64,000 nt of DNA from Octopus sinensis (Eukaryota): contig NC_043013.1 in the NCBI RefSeq assembly GCF_006345805.1, positions 25,916,001 to 25,980,000 on the forward strand, read 5' to 3'. Below the pieces are notes generated by a model. The model worked only from the letters and a program-made list of their open reading frames with translations. It was not told where the DNA came from and searched no databases. Positions 1 through 12,398 of this stretch are shown here, piece after piece. Position numbers and translations under genes: made by a program. Each line of letters begins with the position of its first letter. The first letter of the stretch is position 1.

Positions 1-8
1 ATAAATAA

Positions 9-86
<78 letters not shown>

Positions 87-536
87 CAGTAGTTTTATTT
101 TTTATAGCGTGCTTTCACTTCACTACCGAGCGCAGCTCTGTGTGCCTTGGGTATGTGCTGTGATTTGTTGTGATACTCTGATGGTTATTGTATGGAAAGT
201 GTTCTGCGTAGGATGTGTGCAGTGCCTAGTAGTGCAATTTTCTGTATGTTATATGTGTTTGTAAGTCCTGGTGTTTTTATTATGTATTTGTCTGAATATT
301 TTTTTATCATGCCTAATGCACCTACTGTGATAGGATTTGTTTCTTCTGTTTTTAGATTCCACATTCTGGTTACCTCCATTTCCAGGTCTTTGTATTTTGA
401 AAGTTTCTCCATTTCTTTTAGAACACTTTGTCATCTGCCGTATTGATACATCAATTAGAAAGCATTTTTTTCTTCATGATCTCTGACAACTATATCTGGT
501 CTGTGGCCTTAATTTCTCTATCTCTATCGGTGTGTA
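87..536 (-). mobile_element. 3' fragment of an R4/Dong-clade non-LTR retrotransposon (restriction-like endonuclease domain plus 3' UTR)
   Basis: Minus-strand translation across frameshifts: IHTD..EIKA.RPDIVVRDHEEKKCFLIDVSI...EMEKLSKYKDLEMEVTRMWNLKT..PITVGALGMIKK...IQKIALLGTAHILRRTL (PD-(D/E)xK-type RLE C-terminus); (TTA)n on both sides. Confidence 0.85.
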
Positions 537-545
537 TTATTATTA

Positions 546-583
<38 letters not shown>

Positions 584-594
584 TATTATTAATT

Positions 595-632
<38 letters not shown>

Positions 633-636
633 AATT

Positions 637-925
637 CAGTAGTTTTATTTTTTATTACGTGCTTTCACTGCACTACCGAGCGCAGCTCTGTGTGCCTTGG
701 GTATGTGCTGTGGTTTGTTGTGGTGCTCTTATTTTCACTGTATTGAAAGTCTTTTACGTAGGATGTGTGCGGCGCCTGCTAGAGCTATTTTCTGTATGTC
801 ATATGTACTTGTGAGTCCTGGTGTTTTTGTTATGTATTAGTCTGGATGTTTTTTTAATCATACCTACTGCGCCAACTATAACAGGAATTGTCTCTGTTTT
901 TAGGCTCCACATTCGAGTTACCGCT
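637..925 (-). mobile_element. Second, shorter 3' fragment of the same R4/Dong family
   Basis: Same 3' UTR and terminus (cagtagttttatt on +) as the 87-536 copy, diverged; (TTA)n on both sides. Confidence 0.8.
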
Positions 926-941
926 ATCAATGATTATTATT

Positions 942-977
<36 letters not shown>

Positions 978-1739
978 ATTATTATTATTCAGCTGGCATC
1001 AAAACGAGAATAATCAATTAAAAAGAAAACTTCATAAAAATTATCATCAAGCTGTTATTATTAAATATATATTTGTAGAATGTATTGGTTTTATGGCATA
1101 TCACCTTGGCACAGAGAAAACATTGACTGAACACCAAGCAAGCAGGCGGCATCCATATAGGTAGGGTGTGTGGTGTACATATTCAGGATATGATCAAACA
1201 ATCCCAAAAGCAATATCCGGCCTTGTCATCCGAGTTTTATATTCTATTTCTGTCTACATTTGCAGCTAATCCTCTGGCAAACAGTTTTGCCATATTCCGT
1301 GTTCATCTGTTTCACTGTCTCATTTCCATAAAGTCTGCATTGGAACTAAAATTGAGAGAACCTTTCAATGTAACTTTAGCGTGTTTCTGACCAACTTACA
1401 TTACAACGTCTATTAGTATGTATTATGTATGTATGTATGTATGTATGTATGTATGTATGTATGTATGTATACGGACACAGATCATGTGCCGATAGCCAGC
1501 AGGAAAATGTGCTTTCCTGGAGCTAAAAAGTAGTAACATCATCCTCCGCAGGACTGCCACTTTGCGTTGGTAAACAGACTTTACCATATATATATATGTA
1601 TATATTATATATATATATCTATATATATATATTATATATATATATTATATATATATAATATATATATATATATGTTATATATATATATATATTATATATT
1701 TTATTATTTAATTTATTTTATATTTACACCACAACACAC

Positions 1740-1865
1740 ACAGAGTAATGCCTCTATATACGAGTTAATTTGTTCCTGGAGACCGCTCGTAAGCGAAAAC
1801 TCGTAAAAGCTGAGCAATAATTTCCCATAGTAGCAATGTTATAAATCGTAATTCGTTCCCAGAAA
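1740..1865 (+). mobile_element. Possible pogo/Tigger-like terminal fragment
   Basis: cag.gtaatgcctctatatacgagttaatttgttcc...tttcccatag...aattcgttcc resembles Tigger-type left ends; no right end seen. Confidence 0.4.
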
Positions 1866-1957
1866 AATATTTTACCTATAGAATTTATAATACTCGTAAA
1901 TAAATGGCAACAAAACAACAGTAGAAAGTAAAGAATGTTCTATGTAAACTGAGTATT

Positions 1958-2317
1958 CAAGTGTTTCTTAATGAAACTTTTCCAAACCGGTGGAGTGAAA
2001 GAGACGGTCCAGTTCCCTGGCCACCTAGGTCACCAGATATAACCCCTCTAGGGATTACAGGGCTACTTTAAAAACAGATTGTATAAGGCCTCAATGGTCC
2101 CAAAGAAAAAAGAAAAAAAAAACCATATCCAAAACTGATGAGGGAATGCTCAGCAATCAAGCGCCGTCTTGTTGCGTTGTTTGCAGCCGATGGGGCCCAA
2201 GTGTTCTGTTCTTTCTAATAAAACTCTATTTGTTTGCCTATGTTTTCCAATAAACTATACTTATTTTTCATTCTTTCTGAATTTTTCAAATTGTAAAGAA
2301 AATTTATGGACATCCTG
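1958..2317 (+). mobile_element. 3' fragment of a mariner-like (DD41D/rosa-type) transposon
   Basis: Translates VFLNETFPNRWSERDGPVPWPPRSPDITPL..GYFKNRLY; ends in TIR-like ggacatcctg followed by TA. Confidence 0.7.
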
Positions 2318-2353
2318 TATTAATAATTCGTATTATTATAAAATAAATTCATA

Positions 2354-2527
2354 AGGCGTAGGCCTGGCTGTGTGGAAAGAAGCTTGCTTCTCAAGCACAT
2401 GGTTCCGGGTTCAGTCCCACTGCGTGGCACCTTGGCCAAGTGTCTTCTACTATAGCTTCGGGCGGTCCAAAGCCATGTCTACCAAATGATTTGGTAGACG
2501 GAAACTGAAAGAAGCCCGTCGTATATA

Positions 2528-2605
<78 letters not shown>

Positions 2606-2865
2606 TTGTCCTCCCACTATCACTTGACATCTGTTTACGTCCCCGTAACCTAGCGGTTCGGCAAAAGAAAACGTAACACGCTTAGCAGTATTTCGTACGT
2701 CTTTACGTTCTGAGTTCAAATTCCGCCGAGGTCGACTCTGCCTGTCATCCTTACGGGGTCGATGAAATAAGTACCAGTGAAACACTGGGATCGATATAAT
2801 CGACCTAGCCCCCCCCCCCCAAAAAAAATTTCCGGCCTTCTGCCTAATGTAGAAAGGATTATTAT
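2354..2865 (+). mobile_element. SINE family A (head and body) fused to a headless SINE family B copy
   Basis: A: Pol III A-box tggctgtgtgg, B-box ggttcagtccc, ccttggccaag. B from ~2680: gagttcaaattcc...gcctgtcatccttacggggtcgatg...agaaaggattattatt. Confidence 0.8.
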
Positions 2866-3653
2866 TGACAGAATACTAAACTCACCGGAAAATATGCTTG
2901 GCAACATTTCGTCCGTCTTTTCGCTCTGAGTTCGAATTACGTCCACTTCGACTTTGTCTTTCATCCATTCAGTTTAATATTGGGGTCGATATATTCAGCT
3001 TACCTCCTCCTCCAAAATTACTGGCCTTGTGCCAAAATTCGAAACCAACATTATAAAATAAACTTATCGCACATTTCAGGAATGTCTTGAGAGGCTCATT
3101 ATGCCAATAATAATCACACGCACTGGTTCTGATTCACTTCTGTTATCATTAGTCAATTGGTGGATTGGTAATAATAAACATCTATGTTTTGTTATTGATA
3201 TTATGACCTTCTCAACGTTCAACAAAATCTTTTTCAATCTACGATTTTATATCAAGAATCTATCTTGCAAACTGCAAACCAAATACAGAAAGGAACTGAT
3301 AGAATTTAATTCATCAAACTCGTGAAAATTATTATTATGATTACACACACACACACACACACACGCACATATGTATACATACATACATATAATTTTATAT
3401 ATATATATACACAAAATGTGGGGGTTTAGTTCACAGGTGATCTAAACGACTAGGTACGCTGGGCAAGTGCTGTAACGGATTACCAGGGCTCCAAGGCTAT
3501 AACCGAGACGGGAGTTATGGAACCATTGTAGATTTCCGATAGAGAAGATATATAATTGTTTAAGAAGACAACAATTTTTCCAATAATAATAACGTGTATA
3601 ACTTGAGATGTTTGTCTTGCCTTAACGTCTGTTGCCCTCTTTAACAATTACAT

Positions 3654-3688
<35 letters not shown>

Positions 3689-3689
3689 T

Positions 3690-4094
3690 ACTCTTTTTTA
3701 CTCTTTTACTTGTTTCAGTCATTTTGACTGCGGCCATGCTGGAGCACCACCTTTAGTCGAGCAGATCGACCCCGGGACTTATTCTTTGTAAGCCCAGTAT
3801 TTATTCTATTGGTCTCTTTTTGCTGAACCGCTAAGTGACGGGGACGTAAACACACCAGCATCGGTTGTCAAGCAATGCTAGGGGGACAAACACAGACACA
3901 CAAACACATACACACACATACATATATATATATACGACAGGCTTCTTTCAATTTCCGTCTACCAAATCCACTCACAAGGCATTGGTCGGCCCGGGGCTAT
4001 AGCAGAAGACACTTGCCCAAGATGCCACGCAGTGGGACTGAACCCGGACCATGTGGTTGGTTAGCAAGCTACTTACCACATAGCCACTCCTGCG

Positions 4095-4097
<3 letters not shown>
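3690..4097 (-). mobile_element. Full-length tRNA-derived SINE family A
   Basis: Reverse complement has A/B boxes, body, internal (TA)/(TG) tract and tail ...gcagtcaaaatgactgaaacaagtaaaagagt; many homologous copies in the window. Confidence 0.85.
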
Positions 4098-4138
<41 letters not shown>

Positions 4139-4153
4139 ATATATATAATATAT

Positions 4154-4238
<85 letters not shown>

Positions 4239-4661
4239 TAGAGAGTGAGAGAGAATGAGTGAGTGTATGTATGTGTTTGTATGTGTAAATATGTGTGTAT
4301 GTATTTGTATGTAAGAAAGAGTTGGGGTGGAGAAAGAGCGTGGGAGAGCAGGTAAAAATGGAGTCAATGGAAAAGCAGGCCATCACCTGCTAAACATGCT
4401 ACAAAGATAGCAAAAGGCAACTTAGGATGAAAAAATCAATAAAGTTTACAGTTTCGATAAGAATAGGGTCAGAAGGTTTCCAATGAATCGTGAAATAGGT
4501 CAGTAAACAATTTAATCGTTACACTTATTACACCATCTCATCTCAACTCATCGCATTGGTTTTGTTGTTGTTGTTGTTGTTGCTCTTTCGTTGATGTTGT
4601 TGATGTGTTGCTGCAGTACTTGTAGTAGTAGTTGTAGCATCTCCACTACCACCATCACCAC

Positions 4662-4696
<35 letters not shown>

Positions 4697-4743
4697 ATAG
4701 TAGTAGTAGTAGTAGTAGTAGTATAGTAGTAATAGTAGTAGTG

Positions 4744-4788
<45 letters not shown>

Positions 4789-5292
4789 ATGGTGGTGGTG
4801 GTGGTGGTGGTGGTGGTGGTGGTGGTAGTAGTAGTAGTAGTAGATTTTGTTGTTCTGGTTCTCCTTGGCTTTATCTAAACATTACAAAAGAATTGGTTAA
4901 CATTCAGAGGTATGCATGTGGTACATACATACATATATGTATATGTGTGTGTGTCTGTGCATTTATGTGTGCGTGTGCGCGTATTACATATGTGTGTGTG
5001 TTTGTGTGTATTTATTGTGTGTATTCATGTTTTTAGTTGTTTCAGTCACTTGACCGCGGCCATGCTGGGGCACCACCGCAGGAGTTATATTTTTTTTAAA
5101 GCCTAGTACTTATTCTGTCGCCTCTCTTTTGCCGAACCGCTAGTTTACGGGGACATAAACACACCAACACTGGTTGTCATGCGGTGGCGAGAGGCAAGAA
5201 CAGACACAAATACACACGCTACACACACAACACACACACACACACCACACACACACACACCACACAAACACACACACATATATATATATACA

Positions 5293-5334
<42 letters not shown>

Positions 5335-5558
5335 TATTCATTTGGACTGCACCCTTTCAGTTCACCTTCCTATTCTTATGCCTCTCTTCTCTACTTCGTT
5401 TGAACCCTTGAACCTTTAGAACCTTCTAGATTCTTCTACAATCCAACCATTTTGACGTCACCCTTATAAAGGAATTTTTTAAAGAGACACTCATTTTCAC
5501 TATGGGCTCCGTGTGAGCAGTCATCTAAAAGTTTTTTGCATCTTGATGTTAACATAAG

Positions 5559-5657
5559 TTCCTTGCTTTTCCTGGTGAGAAAGCGGCATAATATACTCCT
5601 TATTCCTTCGCAATTAGGATTATGCAGCCTTCGAAACATATGTCGAAAATAAAGGAA
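5559..5657 (+). ncRNA. Type I hammerhead ribozyme motif, probably inactive (core variant CUGGUGA), at a Penelope-like element 3' end abutting (TA)n
   Basis: Stem I ttccttgcttttc/gaaaataaaggaa; core CTGGTGA; long stem II gaaagcggcataat/attatgcagccttc; GAAA; stem III AC-atat-GT; GTC cleavage triplet 5642-5644. Confidence 0.7.
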
Positions 5658-5699
5658 TTTTGTTAATTCGTCGTTCAACTCCATTCTTTCATTATATAT

Positions 5700-5743
<44 letters not shown>

Positions 5744-5844
5744 TATATATCTATATATATATATATAATATATATATTATAATATATATACATATATATA
5801 TATAGTATATATTATATATATATATTATATATATATATATATAT

Positions 5845-5891
<47 letters not shown>

Positions 5892-6083
5892 ATACGACGG
5901 GCATCTTCAGTTTCTGTCTGCCAAATCCACTCACATGGCTTTTGTTGGCACAAAGCTATAGTAGAAACACTTGCCCAAGGTGCCACGCAGTGGGAAAGCT
6001 TTCTTATCACCGCAGCTATTTATATATGTATGCATACATATAAATGTATGTGCGTGTATATATATATATATTTAATATATTTA

Positions 6084-6123
<40 letters not shown>

Positions 6124-6194
6124 CACACATGCCTATATATATATATGTATGTATATATATAAATATATATATAATATATAAAACATATATATAT

Positions 6195-6660
6195 GTAGCT
6201 AACACGGACAAATTCACATTTGGAACTTGAGAAAAGTCTTCCACATTTTTACTCTACCACTTACAGAATGCATTTGTACGAATCAGCCGGTCGATTTCTC
6301 TTTCTGAAAATCCCAGTTAATCCAGATTTTACTTTAAGCATAACTAAAACCTAGTGATCCATGCGCATGTATGTATGTATGTATGTATGTATGTATGTAT
6401 GTATGTATGTATGTATGTATGTATGTATGTACGGATGGATGGATGTCTCTTCTGGGTTTTTTTAATTATTAGAAATCTTCCACTGAGGAAGGAGCTAATT
6501 TCCAACAAGGAGACAAGGCTCCATCTTTGGGATGTAGTTAACACAGACAAATTCATACTTGGAACTTGAGAAATGTCTTGCGTATTTTTACTGTTTCCCT
6601 CACAGATTGCAAACGTAATGTACGAATCAGCCGGTTGATTTCATTTTCTGAAAATCCCAG
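6195..6660 (-). mobile_element. Two short 3' ends of a second RLE-type non-LTR family, embedded in (CATA)n
   Basis: Translations LGFSENEINRLIRTLRLQSVRETVKIRKTFLKFQV* and GSLGF..LGFSEREIDRLIRT..SVSGRVKMWKTFLKFQM*; homologous to 50164-50850. Confidence 0.65.
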
Positions 6661-6859
6661 TATGTATGTATGTATGTATGTATTATGTATGTAGGTAGAT
6701 AGGTAGGTAGGTAGGTAGGTAGGTAGGTAGGTAGGTAGGGAGGGAGGTATAAAGGAATACAAAAAATGGGACAAGAATGCAAAACATCCGGACAGATGAT
6801 ACAAAAAAAGGACAACAAAACATCCAGACAGATGATACAAAAAAAGGACAAGAAAAAAC

Positions 6860-7480
6860 AAGGACGGGTCATTCGGAGTTTTCTTTCCTCATTCGAGTTC
6901 TAGATTATCTTTGAAATTCCGGCTGCTTATCCTCGAGATTGCTCCAATCTGGCCAGCCCCAAGGAAAAACTAAGCCGAGAGTGCTAGATTTCTTGGAAGA
7001 AAGCAGCGAATGTATACAAAATCAAGGACGGAAAAGACCGGAGAAATGGTACACAAATACAAATGCAAATAACAGGACATTAACAACAGGTGTCTTTTGA
7101 CTAAGGACGAATTAAATTAAGCTGGCGTGTGTGGTAGTGAAGCCTTACAGCAGGGACATAAAAGATGACAGGCATAGGGAGGAATATAGTTGTTGCGCGG
7201 ATGGTAATCGAACCAAGAAAGAAAGGTCAGGCTTGGCCGAACACCGGTAACGTGGAGAGAGAGGAGAGAGATAGAGGCAGAGGGATAGAAGGATTAGGGA
7301 GAGCCGAGAAAAAAAAAAAAGAAAAGGGACACAGTGAAGTGAAAGAGGAGGGAAGGTGAGAATGAAGAGAACGACAAGAAATGTGAGAGAGGGGGAACGA
7401 AAGAAAGAAGAGTGGAAAGAACGAAGTAAGTGTGAAGGGGCTGATAGAAAGAAAGAATGAAAGAATAAGAGATTCATACA
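6860..7480 (-). mobile_element. Diverged relative of the 19363-20430 direct-repeat element (family D)
   Basis: Shares agattggagcaatctc..cagccggaa and cttccaag.aatct blocks and a pyrimidine-rich body with 19614-20430. Confidence 0.55.
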
Positions 7481-7527
7481 AAATTTAAATGAATGAATGC
7501 GTTAGTGTGTATTTATCTATGCATATA

Positions 7528-9093
7528 CAGGGGGGGGGGTAAATATTCGTGCATGTCAAAATTCTTTATTTATTTAATTTCTAATGAACATAAATGGGAT
7601 ATACCAATACTATATTTGCATACACATGCATAAACTAAGAATATGCAAAAGAAACTAATAAATTATAGTAACCAAGGAATTTATATTCAATTATAAATAT
7701 TTAGGGGTGGAAAAAGTATTCGTACAGAGCATAAATAACTGATAGTTCTGATTTAATACTTCGTAGCATAACTATTATTCAGTTCCACTTCAACCAATCG
7801 CTTTTTGTAGTTCTTTATCAATGACTCACATGTTTCTTTAGGAATTTTTTCCCATTCTTGACAAATTTTCTTCAAATCTGCAATGCACGTTGGGGCTCTT
7901 GAATGAATTTTAATTTTCAAAAAGCGCCACAAATTTTCAATGGGGTTCAAGTCAGGCTTGGCCATTTTAATAATTTCATATTGTGATCGACAATCCATTT
8001 TTTGGTAGACTTCGCCGTGTGCTTAGGGTCGTTACCCTGTTGTAAAACCCACCCTTCACAAAGCTGGAGGTTTTTCTACAGAGTCCCATAAATTATTGTT
8101 CAAAATATTTTGGTACATCTTTTCATTCATTCTACCATTTATCACATGTAAATTGCCAGTACCATTTGCAGAGAAACACCCCTTCACCATGATGTTACCA
8201 ACTCCAAACTTTACGGTAGGAATTGTGTCTTTCCTCCAAACATGGCTACGCGAATTTCGTCCAAACAATTCAATTTTCGACTCGTCTGTCCATAGAACAT
8301 TTTCCCAGAGTGTATCAGATTTATCTTTATGTTCGTAAACAAATTTTAAACGGGCATCTCTATGCCTTTTAGTTAACAGCGGAGTTTTTCTAGGAGAGCG
8401 TGACTTCAGTTCATTCCTATGAAGTTCATTGTTGATTGTTCGTAGTGTAACACTAGTCCCTGAAGCTAACAAATCTCCTTTCTGGTGATCATTGCATTTT
8501 CTTCGATTCTTCGCTTCATTTTTCTTAAAGATCTAGGGGAATCTAGCGTGGTGCACCGGATCTTATTCTGTTCTCAACAGTTCCCGATTCTTTATATCTT
8601 TGAATAAATGAAGATATGGTAGAAAATGGAATACAAAGGGTCTCTGATATTTTCCTGTAACTTTTACCCGCTTTCCATTGTTCAATGATTAAATTTTCCA
8701 CTGAATTTGTGAGTTCTTTACTTTTTGCCATTATTACGATACTACTTTATGTTGTCTCAGTGCTGAATGAAGAAGCTAGTGTTTTGACACTTAAAAATGA
8801 CAACTGTTAAGATTATTGGAACAAACGAGAAAGTTCTATTAAAAAAAATTATTTCAACAGTATTTTGTGGCAGAGAAAATCATAAATTTATTCTGTACGA
8901 ATACTTTTTTCACCCCTAAATATTTATAATTGCATATAAATTCATTAGTTACTATAATTTATTAATTTTTGTATGTGCATATTCTTAGTTTATGCATGTG
9001 TATGCAAATATAGTATTGGTATATCCCATTTATGATCATTAGAAATTAAATAAATGAAGAATTTTGATATGTACGAATATTTATTTCCCCCCA

Positions 9094-9096
<3 letters not shown>
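7528..9096 (-). mobile_element. Full-length but inactive Tc1 transposon with long IR/DR terminal inverted repeats
   Basis: TA flanks; ~200-bp TIRs (7528-7730, 8892-9096); transposase pieces MAKSKELT..., [19 protein letters not shown] (second catalytic D mutated to G), [10 protein letters not shown], broken by frameshifts. Confidence 0.92.
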
Positions 9097-9137
<41 letters not shown>

Positions 9138-9154
9138 TATATATAGATAGATAG

Positions 9155-9208
<54 letters not shown>

Positions 9209-9292
9209 TAGATATTATATATATATATAATATATATATATTATATATATATATATATATAATATATATATACTTTTACATGCATTTATTTG

Positions 9293-11183
9293 TATTGGCA
9301 TCCTTTCTGTCTCAGGAGACAATGGAGTTGCGCATGAAGTAGTCTAGTCCGGCTTTTATATTTCATGTCCTGATACATTTCCTGCTGTGGCTGTGTAGTC
9401 CTATCCTGGACAAACACTCCCTCTGGCAGGTACCGCAAATGTAGTGAAGACTGTTCCTGGCTTGTTGTAGTGCCATAGTCTCTTGTTTACGTCTCTTCCT
9501 TTCTTTCCATTTCTCCTCTCTCTCTCTCTCTCTGTCACTCCTTTGTATTCCCTCTTTTACGGTACGTCGCCATTCTCCGCGGTTGCCGGCAACTGCCTCC
9601 CAACCGCTAATATTGATGTTGCAGGCCTTCATGTCCCTTTTGCAAACATCCTTGTAACGTAAGATCGGTCTACCCACAGACCTAGTACCCCTAGCAAGCT
9701 CTCCGTAGAGTATGTCCTTGGGGATTCTGCCATCTTTCATACGGCTAACATGCCCAAGCCATCTCATACGACTTTGTGTGAGGAGTGCAAACATGCTTGG
9801 TATTCCTGCTTGCCTGAGGACATCTTTGTTGGAGATATGATTCTGCCATTTGATGCGGAGGATTTTTCGGAGGCAGCGCAGGTGAAAGATGTTTAGGCGA
9901 CGCTCTTGGCGTGTGTATAGCGTCCAGGTCTCACTTCCATACAGTAGAGTGCTGAGTACACATGCCTGGTAGATCTTCATTTTCGTGGTCTTGGTCAGCT
10001 TATTGTTGTCCCAAGCCCGTTTGGAGAGTTGGGCCATCGCAGCAGCTGCCTTGCCAATGCGTATATTGAGCTCAGCGTCAAGGGATAGGTTGTAGGTGAC
10101 GGTAGAGCCCAGATAGGTAAACTCCACCTCTTGTAATCTGTGGTCTCCAATATGTATGTTTGGGATGTCCGATGTAGCCTGGCCCATGATGTTGGTCTTC
10201 TTAAGGCTGATAGCTAAGCCAAAGTCGTTACATGCTTGCTCAAAACAGTTAATGAGCCTTTGGAGGGCTTCTTCTGTGTGTGTTACCAGAGCGGCATCAT
10301 CAGCAAATAACATCTCCTTGATCAGGACGTTTCCCGTCACTTCTACTGTGCAGAAACACTCCATCATCTGATGTCTGAAAGGCATGTGAAAGTAAGAGCG
10401 AGAAGAAGATGCCAAACAATGTAGGAGCGAGGACACAACCTTGCTTTACCCCGTTTTTTATTTGGAAGGCGGCTGATGTTGAACCGTTGTGCTGTATGGT
10501 GCCTTGCATGTCATCATGGAAAGACTTGATGATCCTCAGCAGCTTTGGTGGACATCCGATTTTTTGGAGCAGGATGAAGAGGCCTGTTTTGCTTACCGAG
10601 TCAAAAGCCTTTGTTAGATCAATGAAGGCCATATATAATGGCATTCTGCTCTCTGGACTTCTCCTGAAGTTGGCGTATGGAGAATATCATATCGATAGTT
10701 GATCTGCTTCTTCTAAAGCCACACTGCGATTCCGGATAGATTCGAGAAGCAAGTAGTTGTAGCCTGGCCAGGATAACGCGGGCAAAGGTCTTTCCAACAG
10801 TGCTTAGAAGGGATATACCACGGTAATTGTTACAATCACCAGGGTCACCTTTGTTTTTGTAAAGCGTAATGATGTTAACATCCCGCATATCCTGAGGGAC
10901 TGTACCCTCTTCCCAGCACTGACACAGAAGCTCATGAAGGTGCCGAAGCAGGATGGTGTTTTTGCCGGCTTTGATGATCACTGACTTTTCCCGGAGCCTT
11001 ATTTCTTGCTAGGGAGTCAACAGCCTTGGTGAGCTCTGCTATAGATGGCGGACTGTCAAGTTCGCACATGATTGGCAAGATCTTGACACTCTCGACTGCA
11101 GCCTCAGCCACTGTGGTCTCCCGTGAGTAGAGATCCTGGTAGTGCTCCACCCATCTATCCATTTGCTTGCCTTGATCCCTGAT
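9293..11183 (-). mobile_element. 5'-truncated RTE-clade LINE (reverse transcriptase and C-terminus, frameshifted)
   Basis: ORF pieces NNYRGISLLSTVGK, SQCGFRRSRSTIDMIF, FIDLTKAFDSV, GVKQGCVLAP, LFADDAAL, LLYGSETW; 3' end ccattgtctcctgagacagaaaggatgcc. Confidence 0.93.
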
Positions 11184-11856
11184 ACATGCATTTATATATA
11201 ACTTTAAATATGTAAGATGGCTGAATGTGTATATCTGAGTATGATTGCATGTATATGGCTATATGTGTGCATGTAAGCATTTAAGGTTGGTTGTATGTAT
11301 GCACTTGTGTGATTGCATGCATATATATGAATGTCTGCGTGTATATATGTATATATGCGTGTATGTATTTCTTTTTGTATTTATATATGTACATATATAT
11401 GTATATGTATGTACGTATGTGTGAATTTATGTACGTGCGTATATATGTATGTGGATGTATATATGGATGTATCTGTGTATATTTATATATGTACGTACAT
11501 ATGTATGTATTTATGTATGTACCTATGTATATTTTCATGTATGTAGTTATATATGCATTAATGTATATATTTATGTACGTAAGTATATATGTATGTGTTT
11601 GTATGTTTGTATGTATACATGTATGTTTGTTCTGTTTGTGTATTTATGTATGCGTGTGTGTGCATGTGTGTCAGTTTTGTGTTTTGTGTTTATATATATT
11701 TTCCATTATTTATCTCCGTAAACAAAAATAACGGATTAAAGCTAAGTTATTAGGCCAACTGGTGTAATCTTTAAAGTCGAACAAGCAACAGTGATGATTA
11801 TAATGAGAAACCAATTATTTGGGGAGGCTTATGTAACATAACACAAAGCACCGCTT

Positions 11857-11887
<31 letters not shown>

Positions 11888-12132
11888 CAGCAACAACAAC
11901 AACTATCACCAACGACAATAGCAACAACGTCTGCAACGGCGGCAACAAACGTTAAGACAGACGACCATGATGAAAATTATCCTAATATAAACTATGTGTG
12001 TGTGCGCGAACACACACACATACACACACATATACGTACACACACATACGTACACACATATATGTATATATGTGTGTATGTATGTATGTATGCATGTATG
12101 TATGTATGTATGTTATTCTTTAAACAAAAATA

Positions 12133-12210
12133 TTATTGAAAGTGACTTTGATTTTGCGGCCAGTTAGGGCATCAGCGGACTGGCTGAAACTTCGAAGTCA
12201 CTGTCAATAA
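12133..12210 (+). ncRNA. Candidate microRNA precursor hairpin
   Basis: Bulge-free stem 12133-12165 pairing with 12178-12210 (33 positions: 26 Watson-Crick, 3 G-U, 4 mismatches), 12-nt loop, in non-repetitive sequence. Confidence 0.5.
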
Positions 12211-12315
12211 CATTCATATTTAAGTGTGATAAATTTGTACTCTATAAAAGTACAGAGTAATCCATCAGATTAATGTAAAATTGCTTTCATTATAACAACA
12301 TAAAAACAAGCACTA

Positions 12316-12355
<40 letters not shown>

Positions 12356-12398
12356 TTTCAGTTTTACATTCGTTATTCATTGTATTATTATTATTATT

